Shown: positions 52,544 through 62,141 of the stretch, in pieces
How positions within the stretch are numbered: the stretch's first letter is position 1
How the letters are laid out: every line of letters starts with the position of its first letter
Assembly: GCA_030682495.1 (NCBI GenBank)
Contig: JAUXOC010000057.1
Span: 98,486 to 162,485, forward strand
DNA length: 64,000 nucleotides
DNA from: Alphaproteobacteria bacterium
GTDB lineage: Bacteria > Pseudomonadota > Alphaproteobacteria > Micavibrionales > UBA2020
Direction of reading: 5' to 3'
Notes under the pieces: model-generated
Database searches by the model: none
The model's input: the letters and a program-made list of their open reading frames with translations, nothing else
Told to the model about the DNA's origin: nothing
Translations under genes and position numbers: made by a program

Positions 52544-52882
52544 CTACAACAGCCGCGCGCCGTTTTCGACCTTGCCGTCGGCGAAAACCAGCACGGTTTT
52601 ACCCTCGCCGTCATCGACGCCGGTCGTCAGCACTTCGGACATCAAAGGGCCGATCTGCTTGGGCGGGAAATTGACGACGCAAAGCACCTGCCGCCCGATC
52701 AGTTCTTCGGGCTTGTACCGCTCCGTGATCTGCGACGATGATTTACGCAGGCCGATGCCAGGGCCGAAATCGATTTTAAGCTTATAGGCGGGCTTGCGCG
52801 CCTCGGCAAAAACCTCGGCCTCGACAATCGTGCCGAAATGCAGCCCGACCTTCATAAAATCCTGCCAGCTGATCGTTTCCAT
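52544..52882 (-). CDS. tRNA-binding-domain protein (CsaA-like)
   Basis: 112 aa, OB-fold tRNA-binding pattern (ARKPAYKLKIDFG...QVLCVVNFPPKQIG). Confidence 0.8.
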   Translation of the reverse strand: METISWQDFMKVGLHFGTIVEAEVFAEARKPAYKLKIDFGPGIGLRKSSSQITERYKPEELIGRQVLCVVNFPPKQIGPLMSEVLTTGVDDGEGKTVLVFADGKVENGARLL

Positions 52883-52884
52883 GT

Positions 52885-53502
52885 TTATTTCTCCCTGCCT
52901 CCCCAGATTTTTTCCAGCCGGCGGTCGCGTCCGCAGCCCATGCGGTAGCTTTTATACGCAAAGGCGTTCTTTTTGTAGTACTCCTGATGATAATCCTCCG
53001 CCGCGTAAAAAGCCGTGGCAGCGCGCAAAAAAGTTGCGACCTCCGCGCCGAGTTTTTTTCCGGTGGCCGCAACCGATGCCTCTGCCGCCGCTTTTTGCGC
53101 ATCGCCGTCAAAGAAAATACCGGCGGCATACTGGCTGCCCTTGTCGCAGAACTGCCCCTCGGCATCAAACGGATCAACGTTGCGCCAGAAAATTTCCAGC
53201 AGTGTGTCATAGCTCACCTGCGCGGAGTCATAGACGACCTCGACCACTTCGATATGTCCGGTACGGCCTGTGGAAACCTGTTTGTACGTCGCCGTCTCCG
53301 CGCTGCCCCCCATATAGCCGGAGGTCACCTTCAGCACGCCCTTCTGGCTGTCAAATTCAGATTCCATGCACCAGAAACACCCGCCTGCAAAAACCGCCCG
53401 CGCCGTCGCCGCTGCACCGCCCGCCCTCTCTTCGGCATAAACCGGAAAAGACACCGCCAAAAGCGGCAACAAAGCCAAAAAAGCATATAAAAACCGGCGC
53501 AT
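52885..53502 (-). CDS. msrA: Peptide-methionine (S)-S-oxide reductase MsrA, exported
   Basis: Active-site GCFWCMESEF. Signal peptide from ATG 53502. Confidence 0.9.
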   Translation of the reverse strand: MRRFLYAFLALLPLLAVSFPVYAEERAGGAAATARAVFAGGCFWCMESEFDSQKGVLKVTSGYMGGSAETATYKQVSTGRTGHIEVVEVVYDSAQVSYDTLLEIFWRNVDPFDAEGQFCDKGSQYAAGIFFDGDAQKAAAEASVAATGKKLGAEVATFLRAATAFYAAEDYHQEYYKKNAFAYKSYRMGCGRDRRLEKIWGGREK

Positions 53503-53704
53503 GGGATTCCCTTTCGCGATTGCTCTGACATCAATATAGGTCAACAAGACGGTTTCGTCGCGGGGGGATGAAAGTTACAGGCAGACTTGGCGTGGTGAGG
53601 CCGTCTCCTTGTACCCCCATAAGATATGCCTCAGGCATACCTGACACCATGCACCATGCTGATGGCCGATGCCTTACCGCAAACCATTGAGCATCCAATC
53701 GCCT

Positions 53705-54814
53705 CTACGCGTGAGGTTTCTTTGGTTGTACCGCCTGCCGTTGTTCCGGTTTTAGCGTGTTTGCGTCTGTCAAAAAAGCCGACGGCTTGATACCGCGTTC
53801 GGCATTTTCGTAGACAAGAGTGCCGTCCGCAATGAGCTTGGGTATATTGTGTGGAAAATCTGGTGCATTTGTAATGCTGTCTATAAATTCGTAATTCTCG
53901 GGTGTAAATGGTTTTTTAGTAAATAGAACATGCAGGCCGTAATGCATCGCTGTCTCCATGTTCTCTACTTTATCGAATATTTCCTCATCCGAAACCTTGA
54001 CGCCCGTTTTTGAAACCCATTGGGTATCATGTCGTGGATGTTTTTCAAATCCATCACCAGAAAATTGATAAATCGTCCCGCTCATTTTCCCATGAGCAAG
54101 AAAGTTGTCACGATCCGGTAGAATGGTAAGCCAATCTTCGCTACCCGGAATTTGGCAATTCACAATACGAGTGCCGTTGGGTGTCAGATAGGGCAAAACC
54201 TCGCGTATATTTGATGACGCATAAACATAAGGTTGCGGATCTAAATCGTTTGCTTGGCTTGGGTTTATCGTGTCGCCCCGCATTCCATTGTGAATAAGGT
54301 GGTAGAGTGTGGGAGGGTAGGTTTTCTGCTGACGGTTTTGTTCCATATTGGCATCGCAGCAAGCTTGTTCAGCCCGAATGGCTTCTAGGCTATGCTGATC
54401 CTCGCCTAAAAATTGAATACCGAAGTGGGGATTGTCCGGCCAGTCATCCAGACCGTTTACCCATTTGAACGCTTCCGTTTCATGATCGAGTGTGGGAGTA
54501 AATTCTTCATCCACGATGGCCAAAAAATTGTTAAACCGAAAATGCCCATCCACAGTTTTGAATTGTGTCAGCGGCAGAAGATCAAAATCCTTGCCTTTAT
54601 AACCGACCTCTTCGCTGACTTCCCGGGCGGCGGCCTGTTCCGGTTTTTCGCCGCCTTCTATTTTTCCGCCAGGAATACCCCACGTACGCGACTGCTGTAC
54701 ATTATCCGATCGCTTGACCGCCAAGATACGCCCCGTATCCCGGGCCAATATCAAAACGCCCGCACCTTCGCGGCCAAACAGGTCCTTTCCATTAATATCT
54801 TCTGACTTATCCAT
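53705..54814 (-). CDS. Nudix hydrolase fused to ~220-aa C-terminal domain of unknown function
   Basis: Nudix box GGKIEGGEKPEQAAAREVSEEVGY. The C-terminal two thirds have no motif I recognise. The gene is markedly AT-richer than its neighbours. Confidence 0.75.
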   Translation of the reverse strand: MDKSEDINGKDLFGREGAGVLILARDTGRILAVKRSDNVQQSRTWGIPGGKIEGGEKPEQAAAREVSEEVGYKGKDFDLLPLTQFKTVDGHFRFNNFLAIVDEEFTPTLDHETEAFKWVNGLDDWPDNPHFGIQFLGEDQHSLEAIRAEQACCDANMEQNRQQKTYPPTLYHLIHNGMRGDTINPSQANDLDPQPYVYASSNIREVLPYLTPNGTRIVNCQIPGSEDWLTILPDRDNFLAHGKMSGTIYQFSGDGFEKHPRHDTQWVSKTGVKVSDEEIFDKVENMETAMHYGLHVLFTKKPFTPENYEFIDSITNAPDFPHNIPKLIADGTLVYENAERGIKPSAFLTDANTLKPEQRQAVQPKKPHA

Positions 54815-55033
54815 GAAAATCGATCTACGTGCCGGATGATTATATTAATGGCTACTATACCATGTATTATGGATAACAGCTAAGGGTTTGTATAGCAAAA
54901 AGCATCGGGCATGACCCAACATCAGTTGACGAGGTTCCTGTTCTCGAACATGCCTTTTGCCGGCTCAAGACTTTGTTTTTTTTCTTGAAAAAGTCTTTCG
55001 GGCTGATGGCAGGCATGGCTGGCTGTCAAGATA

Positions 55034-55110
<77 letters not shown>

Positions 55111-55275
55111 GTATGGGCGGCGGATATGGGGCAGTATAGGTAAAACCGCCGCCGCCTTCAACCACACCCGTGCAAGGCCTTGTTTTTATGTGAAGATGTC
55201 GGCGGTTGCCAAGTGCACGCCGCGCTTATATAAATGAGATCCACGCAATCATCATCATTCACACGGGGCATCTGC

Positions 55276-55941
55276 ATGAACCGCACGTTCCTTTTCCTTG
55301 GCGCTTTTGGTCTGGCCGTTATCGGCGGCGGGGCGCTTTACCTGACGGGCGGCCAGAAGAGCACTGCGATCGAAATGGCCGCGGCCGATAGCCGCACGCC
55401 GGAGCAGCTGATTGACGCCGCCCGTGCGTCCTTTCTTGGCGAAGGCACGGCACAGAACGATGTGACGGGCGCCGCGCTGATCCTTCAGGCTGCCGCCACC
55501 GGTGACGAACAGGCCATCGGTTATGCCGGCACGCTCTACATGGGCGGCATCGGGGTGGAACATAGTGTCACCAAAGCGCGCGAATGGCTGGCCAAATCGA
55601 CCGATGCGGAAGCACAGGCACTTGCCGAGGCACTGCTGACCTTTGAGGCCGTGCTGGCCACCATGCCCGAAGAACAGGCCGAGCTGCAAAAAGCGATGGA
55701 CGAGAGCGATGCGCGCGAAAGCATCCGCGCGTCCTTCCTCGCCGCGCTGGAGCGTCAGAAACTGGCCGCTGCCGAAACCGCCGCCGGTGACGAAGCCGGC
55801 AATGCGGTTTTTGTCATGCCCGAGGGCGAGCCCGGCGTTGCCGAAGGCTACGAAGGCGATCCCGGCGTCGCCGATGGCGATACATATGAAGAGGACGCAC
55901 AAGAGAGCGGCGATACCGTGAGCGGCGAGCCGCAGGAATAA
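55276..55941 (+). CDS. Sel1/TPR-like repeat protein with acidic C-terminus, membrane-anchored or exported
   Basis: N-terminal hydrophobic segment FLFLGAFGLAVIGGGALYL and a Sel1-like repeat AIGYAGTLYMGGIGVEHSVTKAREWLAKS. Confidence 0.65.
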   Translation: MNRTFLFLGAFGLAVIGGGALYLTGGQKSTAIEMAAADSRTPEQLIDAARASFLGEGTAQNDVTGAALILQAAATGDEQAIGYAGTLYMGGIGVEHSVTKAREWLAKSTDAEAQALAEALLTFEAVLATMPEEQAELQKAMDESDARESIRASFLAALERQKLAAAETAAGDEAGNAVFVMPEGEPGVAEGYEGDPGVADGDTYEEDAQESGDTVSGEPQE

Positions 55942-55988
55942 TAACGATACGGCGCAAAACGCGCACTCTTCTATCACCGGAGCATCAG

Positions 55989-56753
55989 ATGGATATCAAA
56001 GGTCTTGCGGCAATTGTCACGGGTGGCGGGTCTGGCATGGGCGCGGAAGTCGCGCGGCATCTGGCCAAGGCCGGCGCGAAAGTTGCCGTGCTGGATATCA
56101 ATAAAGCGAATGTAGAGGCGGTCGCCGCAGAGATCGGCGGGCTTGGCCTTGAATGCGATGTGACCAGCGAAGCCAGCGCCATGGCCGCCCTTGCCGCGGC
56201 ACGCGAAGCGCACGGGTCTGTGCGAATTCTCATGAACTGTGCCGGCATCGCCCCCGGCGCGCGTATCGTTGGCAAAGACGGGCCGCACGATCTCGGATTT
56301 TTTGCGAAAGTCATCGGCGTTAATCTGATCGGCACGTTCAACATGCTGCGTCTGGCGGCGGCAGAAATGTCGACGCTCGATACGCTCAATGATACGGGCG
56401 AACGCGGCGTGATCATCAATACCGCCTCCGTCGCTGCCTATGAAGGACAGATTGGCCAAGCGGCCTATTCCGCATCCAAAGGCGGCGTGGTCGGCATGAC
56501 CCTTCCCGCCGCGCGTGAGCTGGCGCGCTTTGGCGTGCGCGTCGTCACCATCGCCCCCGGATTGATCGGCACGCCAATGCTGCTGGGCATGCCGCAAGAA
56601 GTGCAGGACAGTTTGATTGCGACAACCCTTTTCCCCAAACGCCTCGGCCTGCCCGAAGAATTCGCCAAACTGGCACTGCATGTCGTCGATAACGCGATGA
56701 TCAACGGCGAGACGATCCGCCTTGACGGCGCGGTGCGTCTGGCACCGAAGTAA
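55989..56753 (+). CDS. Short-chain dehydrogenase (3-hydroxyacyl-CoA dehydrogenase type-2-like)
   Basis: TGGGSGMG cofactor motif and catalytic YSASKGGV. Confidence 0.85.
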   Translation: MDIKGLAAIVTGGGSGMGAEVARHLAKAGAKVAVLDINKANVEAVAAEIGGLGLECDVTSEASAMAALAAAREAHGSVRILMNCAGIAPGARIVGKDGPHDLGFFAKVIGVNLIGTFNMLRLAAAEMSTLDTLNDTGERGVIINTASVAAYEGQIGQAAYSASKGGVVGMTLPAARELARFGVRVVTIAPGLIGTPMLLGMPQEVQDSLIATTLFPKRLGLPEEFAKLALHVVDNAMINGETIRLDGAVRLAPK

Positions 56754-56759
56754 GCCGCC

Positions 56760-57773
56760 GTGCGCGCGGGTTTTAAATATGCCCTGACCACCGCGATCTT
56801 TGCGGCCACCCTCAGCTTTGCCCCCGCCACGCCCGCACCGGCGCAGATCAATATTTTTGAAAAACCCGCCTGGGAAAAAGACGTGCGCCACATGATGTGG
56901 CGGCAACGCAGCTGCGTAAAGCTGGGCAGCTTTATCTGGGAAGTCGGCGATGCCGAAAAAATCATTAGCCGCGATTACAGCCTGAAAGGCACGCCGCCTT
57001 CCGCCACCAGCGCCGTGCCGCTGCACGACGTCTCCGCGCTGCTCTTCGCCACCTATGCGGCGCAGGTGACAAAGGGCAGCTTCACGCCGGACCAGATCGC
57101 GGCGCTGACGATGCGCTCCGGCTACAACGCGCCCATGTCGCAGGGCTGCAATATCGCCACCACCGTGGGCAGCTGCTTTGGCAATCTGGGCGGCCCAGGC
57201 GGCAAAACCGGCGAGACCGGCAAATTCCATTACGGCCCCGGCCACTTGCAAAAAATGGCGATGGATCTTGATCTCGGCAGCTTTCGCGACGGCGACATGC
57301 GCGATGAATACAGCGCCGAGCTGGGCGCGCCTGCCACGCATTTCCAGTTTGAAACCATGCGTATTCTCGACGGGCTGCGCATGACGCCGGACAATCTATC
57401 CAAATTCCTGCGCGCCTTTATCTCGGATACGTTTACGATGTCATCACTGCTCGGGCAAGATGCCGTCTGCCTTGATCCCTATGCCTGCCCCGCCAGCGCT
57501 TCCTATGCGCCGTCCCCGCGCAACCGCGATTACAGCCTTGGCCACTGGGTTGAAAAAAATATGCAGACCGGCGCGGTTGAGGCCTATAGTGCGACCGGAA
57601 AATCCGGCATCTATGTCTGGATCACGGCAGATAAAAAATACTACGGCTATGTCATCCCGCGCGAAGACGGCATTAACCGCTCCATCGACGGCATCGCCTG
57701 TGGTCGTGCGATGTACCGCGCCGTCTTGCGCAGCGCGCCGCAAACTGCCGCCCCCGCGCCTTCCACACCGTAA
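56760..57773 (+). CDS. Secreted hypothetical protein
   Basis: GTG start and signal-like N-terminus ending APATPAPAQ. Several Cys residues and no confident family assignment. Confidence 0.5.
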   Translation: MRAGFKYALTTAIFAATLSFAPATPAPAQINIFEKPAWEKDVRHMMWRQRSCVKLGSFIWEVGDAEKIISRDYSLKGTPPSATSAVPLHDVSALLFATYAAQVTKGSFTPDQIAALTMRSGYNAPMSQGCNIATTVGSCFGNLGGPGGKTGETGKFHYGPGHLQKMAMDLDLGSFRDGDMRDEYSAELGAPATHFQFETMRILDGLRMTPDNLSKFLRAFISDTFTMSSLLGQDAVCLDPYACPASASYAPSPRNRDYSLGHWVEKNMQTGAVEAYSATGKSGIYVWITADKKYYGYVIPREDGINRSIDGIACGRAMYRAVLRSAPQTAAPAPSTP

Positions 57774-57780
57774 AGCAAGC

Positions 57781-58083
57781 TTAGGCTTTTTGTTTCGGGG
57801 CGATTTTGTCCATGAAGCTTGCCAGCGCGATATCTTTTTCCGTCACGCCGCCCGCGTCATGCGTCGTCAGCGTCACATCGATGCGGCTATAGACGTTGAA
57901 CCATTCCGGATGGTGGTTCATCTGCTCCGCTTTGATCGCAACGCGGGTCATAAAGCCGAAAGCAGCGCTGAAATCGGCAAACATATATGTCTTATGGATA
58001 GCCTTGCGCCCGCGCAGACGTTGCCAGCCATTCTTTTTTTGAAGAAACGATTCGATCTCTTGACTCAGTGTTGCTTTTTTCAT
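57781..58083 (-). CDS. phhB: 4a-hydroxytetrahydrobiopterin dehydratase
   Basis: 100 aa with the PCD signature MNHHPEW. Confidence 0.85.
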   Translation of the reverse strand: MKKATLSQEIESFLQKKNGWQRLRGRKAIHKTYMFADFSAAFGFMTRVAIKAEQMNHHPEWFNVYSRIDVTLTTHDAGGVTEKDIALASFMDKIAPKQKA

Positions 58084-58145
58084 TGTCCGATTCTCTCCGA
58101 TTCGATATAGTGAACCCAGTTTAGCGATTTTCGGGGTTAAGTCAG

Positions 58146-58595
58146 TTGGAAACCAAAGCCATCTTTGTGGGATTCACTGTACCGCCGTCTCTTGAAGACA
58201 TTCAGGAGATTGCGGAATCCATTATCGACGAACTGCCGGAGGGAATGACCAAATACATCCGCAAGCTGAAAGTGACCGTGGAAGATTTCCCCGATGCTTT
58301 CGTCGAGCAGGAGTTGGAACTGGACACCCCCTTCGACCTGCTTGGTTGCTATCAAAGCGCAGGACCGGCCTTGGCCGGACATCTGGGCGCAGGCACCAAG
58401 CGGCAGGATACGCTGTATCTCTACCGCCGCCCTATCCTCGACCAATGGGCGGACAGCAGCGAAGATCTGACGCAGCTTGTCAACCGCGTCATTCTGCACG
58501 AAATCGGACATCACTTCGGCTTTACGCCCGAAGACATCGAGATGTACGAGGAGGACATGTTCGGGGCGACGGCCCTGCACAACGACGCCGGTTAG
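58146..58595 (+). CDS. Zincin-like metallopeptidase-family protein
   Basis: HEIGHHFG zinc motif near the C-terminus, small acidic protein, TTG start. Confidence 0.75.
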   Translation: METKAIFVGFTVPPSLEDIQEIAESIIDELPEGMTKYIRKLKVTVEDFPDAFVEQELELDTPFDLLGCYQSAGPALAGHLGAGTKRQDTLYLYRRPILDQWADSSEDLTQLVNRVILHEIGHHFGFTPEDIEMYEEDMFGATALHNDAG

Positions 58596-58633
58596 GGGTT
58601 TCTTGGCGTCTGGTTGCTCCTTTTATACAGGGA

Positions 58634-58673
58634 GGGCCGTCTGCGCGACCACGCGCGGCGGCCCTTTTCTTTT
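58634..58673 (+). terminator. Rho-independent terminator after metallopeptidase gene
   Basis: Long GC stem (GGGCC...GCGCG-ACCA-CGCGC...GGCCC) followed by TTTTCTTTT. Confidence 0.65.
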
Positions 58674-58701
58674 GCGGCACGCCCGGCCGTTTACCTCACG
58701 C

Positions 58702-58730
58702 TTGACAAATGCCGCCTTTCGCGAGATAAT
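58702..58730 (+). promoter_or_regulatory. Near-consensus sigma-70 promoter
   Basis: TTGACA (58702-58707), 17-nt spacer, GATAAT (58725-58730). Confidence 0.6.
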
Positions 58731-58736
58731 GGAAAG

Positions 58737-58838
58737 ATAGCGCCGATTTGAAGCCGACAGCTTGCGGGCGCTCAATAAATTCAGCTAAAGCGTTGGCGGA
58801 CAAGTCCGCCGCGTGTGCTATACGTCGGCGGCTTTTTT
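58737..58838 (+). ncRNA. Structured ~100-nt leader or small RNA ending in hairpin plus U7
   Basis: Stem AGCGCC/GGCGCT enclosing AAGC/GCTT, then an A/U-rich linker, then hairpin GGCGGA-CAAG-TCCGCC. That hairpin overlaps the 5' arm of CCGCCG...CGGCGG-C-TTTTTTT. Confidence 0.35.
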
Positions 58839-58856
58839 TATGCCGAGGAGGCAAAC

Positions 58857-59252
58857 ATGTCCGCACTATCCTATGCGCAGCCTGCGCCGTCTTTATCCCG
58901 TTCCCCCTCTAACCTGCAACGCCGCGCCGCCCCTTTTGCCGCGCTGCCCGCACCCGTGCATGACCGCGGCGCTGTTTTACGCGCCGCCGAAACGGGCGAC
59001 CTGCGTACGCTGCGCCGCCTGATTGCGGATGGCGCGGATATTCATGCCGCCGATGCGCATGGCTGGACGCCGCTGATGCGCGCCGCAAAAAACCATCACC
59101 TGAAAACCGTGGCCGAGCTGATTACCGCCGGCGCCAACCTGCACGCCGAAACGCGCAACGGCTGGAACGCTTTGTCGATTGCCGTGAAGGCCGGATCGCC
59201 GCAGATCATCGCACTGCTCGCCGCCGCGGGGGGCAACACAGCCACGTCCTGA
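58857..59252 (+). CDS. Ankyrin-repeat protein
   Basis: Three ANK repeats (GADIHAADAHGWTPLMRAAKNHHLKTVAELITAGANLHAETRNGWNALSIAVKAG). ATG 58857 is preceded by GAGGAGG. Confidence 0.8.
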   Translation: MSALSYAQPAPSLSRSPSNLQRRAAPFAALPAPVHDRGAVLRAAETGDLRTLRRLIADGADIHAADAHGWTPLMRAAKNHHLKTVAELITAGANLHAETRNGWNALSIAVKAGSPQIIALLAAAGGNTATS

Positions 59253-59370
59253 TTTTTCATTCTCTTTTACGACACACATTCCTTATCTAGGCAGGATCGC
59301 ATTGCGCGCATCCTGCCTTTTTTTGTGCGAAATTGAGAAAACGATGCGAAGCTGCGTACAGAGACCCTTA

Positions 59371-59402
59371 AAAAAAACCGCCCGGCAAAGGGCGGCTTTT
59401 TT
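59371..59402. terminator. Bidirectional terminator between ankyrin gene and htpG
   Basis: A7-CCGCCC-GGCAAA-GGGCGG-C-T6. Confidence 0.7.
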
Positions 59403-59420
59403 GGTTCACGCGGCGCAGCG

Positions 59421-61307
59421 TCAGCTGGCAATCAGTCCTTTTTCAATCGCACGGCTGAGGCGGCGGACGAAATCGGCGGGGTTTTTCAGCGGCTCTCCTT
59501 CGATAATACGTGCCTGATCGAGCAGCAGCAGCGTCGTTTCACGCAAAAGCTCCTGCGATGCCGCACCGTCATTGGCGGCCAGCAATTGCAGACGGACGAT
59601 GACCGGATGCTTGACGTTGATTTCAAGGATATGCTGATGCATGCCGTCATAGGCCTGATTTTTCTTGAGCAGCCTTTGCATGTTGATGTCCATGTCGTTT
59701 TCCGGTGCGACAAGGCAGACCGGACTATCGACCAGGCGTTCTGACAGCATGACGTCTTTGACTTCCAGCGACAGAATTTCTTTCATGCGGGCGATCAGGT
59801 GGTCGGTGCTGTCTTTTTCTTCCTGTTTCTGCTCTGGCGTTTCTTTGCCGTCGAGCGGCTTGATCTTTGACAGCTCGGCATCGCCGCGCGTAATGGATTT
59901 GAATTTCTTTTGCTTGAAATCGTTCTGCATCGGCAGCCAGAATTCGTCGATGGGGTCGGTCATAAACAAAACCTCGACCCCGCGCGCGGCGAAAGCTTCG
60001 AGCTGCGGGCTGTTGCGCGCGGCCTCCACCGTTGGGGCGGAGAGGTAATAGATATGATCCTGCCCCTCGACCATGCGCGAGATATATTCTTCGAGTGAGA
60101 CAAGCCCGTCGCCGTGCGTGGAGTAAAACCGCGCCACACGGCACAGCTGTTCGCGGTGGTTATGCGCGTCGTAAAGACCTTCTTTGACCACAGGGCCGAA
60201 CAGCGCCCAGAAATTCTCAAACGATTTGATATCGTCTTTGGCTTTTTGCTCCAGCTCGGAGAGGACTTTCTTGGTAATCGCGCTGCTCATCTTCGCAATC
60301 ACAGGGTTGGATTGCAGCATTTCGCGGCTGATGTTGAGCGGCAGATCTTCGCTATCGACGACGCCCTTGAGAAAGCGCAGGAACGGCGGGATCAAACCTT
60401 CGACGCCGTCCGTAATAAAGACGCGCTTTACGTAGAGCTTCACGCCGTGGTGGCGGCGCGGATCGTAAAGATCGAACGGCCGCATGCTCGGCACCATCAA
60501 AAGGTTGCTGTATTCAATCGCCCCTTCGGCGCGCCAGTGGACGGTCATCCAGGGCTCATCCATTTGCAGCGCGCCGGAGACGCTGCGGTAAAATTCTTTA
60601 TACTGATCTTCGGTCACGTCGGATTTGGGACGCACCCACAGAGCCGATGCCGCATTGACCATCACCCCCTTGTCACCGGGGCCGAGCAGGATGGGAAAGG
60701 CGATATGATCGGAATATTTTTTGATAACGTTTTTGAGACGCTCCTCGATCAGAAATTCAGACGCCTCGTCCTTGATATGCAGCACGATTTCGGTGCCGCG
60801 CGTATCTTTCAACGTTTCATCAATCATATAGCTGCCGCGTCCGTCGGATGACCAGACATAGGCCTTGTCATCGCCCGCGCGGCGGCTGCTGACCTCGACA
60901 CGGTTTGCGACCATAAAAGCGGAATAGAAACCGACACCGAACTGGCCGATCAGATTGACGTCTTTCTTCGCACCCTCTTCCAGAGTCTGCACCAGTTCAC
61001 GCGTACCGGAATGCGCGATGGTGCCGAGGTTTTTAATCAGCGAGTCCCGATCCATGCCGATGCCGTTGTCGGAAATGCTGAGTGTGCGCGCATCGGTATC
61101 GAACCAGATGCGGATTTTGAAATCGGCATCGCCCGCAATCAATTCGGGATTGGCGATGGCTTCATAGCGCAAACGGTCGCAGGCATCGGAGGCGTTGGAG
61201 ACCAGTTCGCGTAGGAAAATTTCTTTTTCCGTGTAAAGGGCATTCGCCACGATATCGAGCAGGCGGCTGACTTCGGTCTGGAATTCCATTTTCTCGGACA
61301 TCATCAA
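59421..61307 (-). CDS. htpG: Molecular chaperone HtpG (Hsp90)
   Basis: 628 aa with N-terminal GHKL ATPase motifs (ELVSNASDA, DNGIGM, IGQFGVGFYS). Confidence 0.95.
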   Translation of the reverse strand: MMMSEKMEFQTEVSRLLDIVANALYTEKEIFLRELVSNASDACDRLRYEAIANPELIAGDADFKIRIWFDTDARTLSISDNGIGMDRDSLIKNLGTIAHSGTRELVQTLEEGAKKDVNLIGQFGVGFYSAFMVANRVEVSSRRAGDDKAYVWSSDGRGSYMIDETLKDTRGTEIVLHIKDEASEFLIEERLKNVIKKYSDHIAFPILLGPGDKGVMVNAASALWVRPKSDVTEDQYKEFYRSVSGALQMDEPWMTVHWRAEGAIEYSNLLMVPSMRPFDLYDPRRHHGVKLYVKRVFITDGVEGLIPPFLRFLKGVVDSEDLPLNISREMLQSNPVIAKMSSAITKKVLSELEQKAKDDIKSFENFWALFGPVVKEGLYDAHNHREQLCRVARFYSTHGDGLVSLEEYISRMVEGQDHIYYLSAPTVEAARNSPQLEAFAARGVEVLFMTDPIDEFWLPMQNDFKQKKFKSITRGDAELSKIKPLDGKETPEQKQEEKDSTDHLIARMKEILSLEVKDVMLSERLVDSPVCLVAPENDMDINMQRLLKKNQAYDGMHQHILEINVKHPVIVRLQLLAANDGAASQELLRETTLLLLDQARIIEGEPLKNPADFVRRLSRAIEKGLIAS

Positions 61308-61351
61308 ACTCCTTTAGAATCGCTTGAAAACCATATATCTGGATGACCTCA

Positions 61352-61380
61352 AAATAAGGCTTCCGGTGGCGGCTTTCAAG
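61352..61380 (-). promoter_or_regulatory. RpoH (sigma-32)-type heat-shock promoter for htpG
   Basis: Minus strand CTTGAAAG-N-CCTTATTT, that is CTTG-N18-CTTATTT. This fits the alphaproteobacterial CTTG-N17/18-CYTATNT consensus as I recall it. Confidence 0.5.
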
Positions 61381-61410
61381 GCCGCAAATACCTTTTGAAA
61401 ACGGGCTGTT

Positions 61411-62001
61411 TTACGGGTTCATCCTCTCGACGTCCCAGCCATCGCCCGCACGGGTAAACAAAAAACGGTCGTGCAGGCGGCCTTCGCCCTGCTGCCAGAA
61501 TTCGATTTTTTGCGGGCTCAGCAAATAACCCGACCAATGCGGCGGACAGGGAATATCCTGTCCGGCAAATTTCTGGCGTATCTCTTCCACCTGCGCCTCC
61601 AGCGTGGCGCGGCTTTGCAGCGGCGCAGATTGTCGGCTGGCCCAGGCGCCGAGCTGGCTGAGCGGATGCCGGGTGCGGAAATAAGCTTCGGCATCCGACT
61701 GCGGTAATTTTTCGACGGCGCCTTCGACACGCACCTGCCGCAGCAGGGATTTCCAGTGAAAACACATCGCGGCTTTGGCATGGGCGGCGAGCTCTTGCCC
61801 CTTGCGGCTGCCGGCGTTGGTGAAAAAACGAAACCCGCGCGCATCCACATATTTGCACAAAACCATACGCACCGATGGCATGCCATCTGCCCCCACCGTC
61901 GCCAGCGCCGTGGCTTCCGGATCGTTCGTTTCGCTGGCCGTCGCTTCGGCAAGCCAGTTCTGGAAAAGAGAAATAGGGTCTTGGCTGCGCAGGATTTCCA
62001 T
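61411..62001 (-). CDS. pdxH: Pyridoxamine 5'-phosphate oxidase
   Basis: 196 aa with the C-terminal IEFWQQGEGRLHDR signature. Confidence 0.9.
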   Translation of the reverse strand: MEILRSQDPISLFQNWLAEATASETNDPEATALATVGADGMPSVRMVLCKYVDARGFRFFTNAGSRKGQELAAHAKAAMCFHWKSLLRQVRVEGAVEKLPQSDAEAYFRTRHPLSQLGAWASRQSAPLQSRATLEAQVEEIRQKFAGQDIPCPPHWSGYLLSPQKIEFWQQGEGRLHDRFLFTRAGDGWDVERMNP

Positions 62002-62141
62002 GGTCTACCCGTGACATAGGTTATACGGCTATTTTTATTCAATATTGCCGTGAACAAAACTTGTGCTAGAACGTTTATATAAAGTGTCAGGGAGATAAAA
62101 ACAATTCCCTGCGAAGATTCAGGAAGAAAGGCGACATCAAG

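Noticed and set aside
53548-53704. Search for a direct repeat of the tRNA-Arg 3' end (att site), and the palindrome TATGCCT-C-AGGCATA at 53625-53639, as possible island boundaries.
   Set aside because: Only a 6-nt match (TGGCGT) was found, and there is no integrase or other mobility gene. I therefore do not call a mobile element. The islet is reported only as a compositional anomaly.
55974-57341. 455-aa minus-strand ORF spanning the SDR gene and the following secreted-protein gene.
   Set aside because: The plus-strand SDR has clean cofactor and catalytic motifs, while the minus-strand product is Arg/Gly/Ala-rich with no features.
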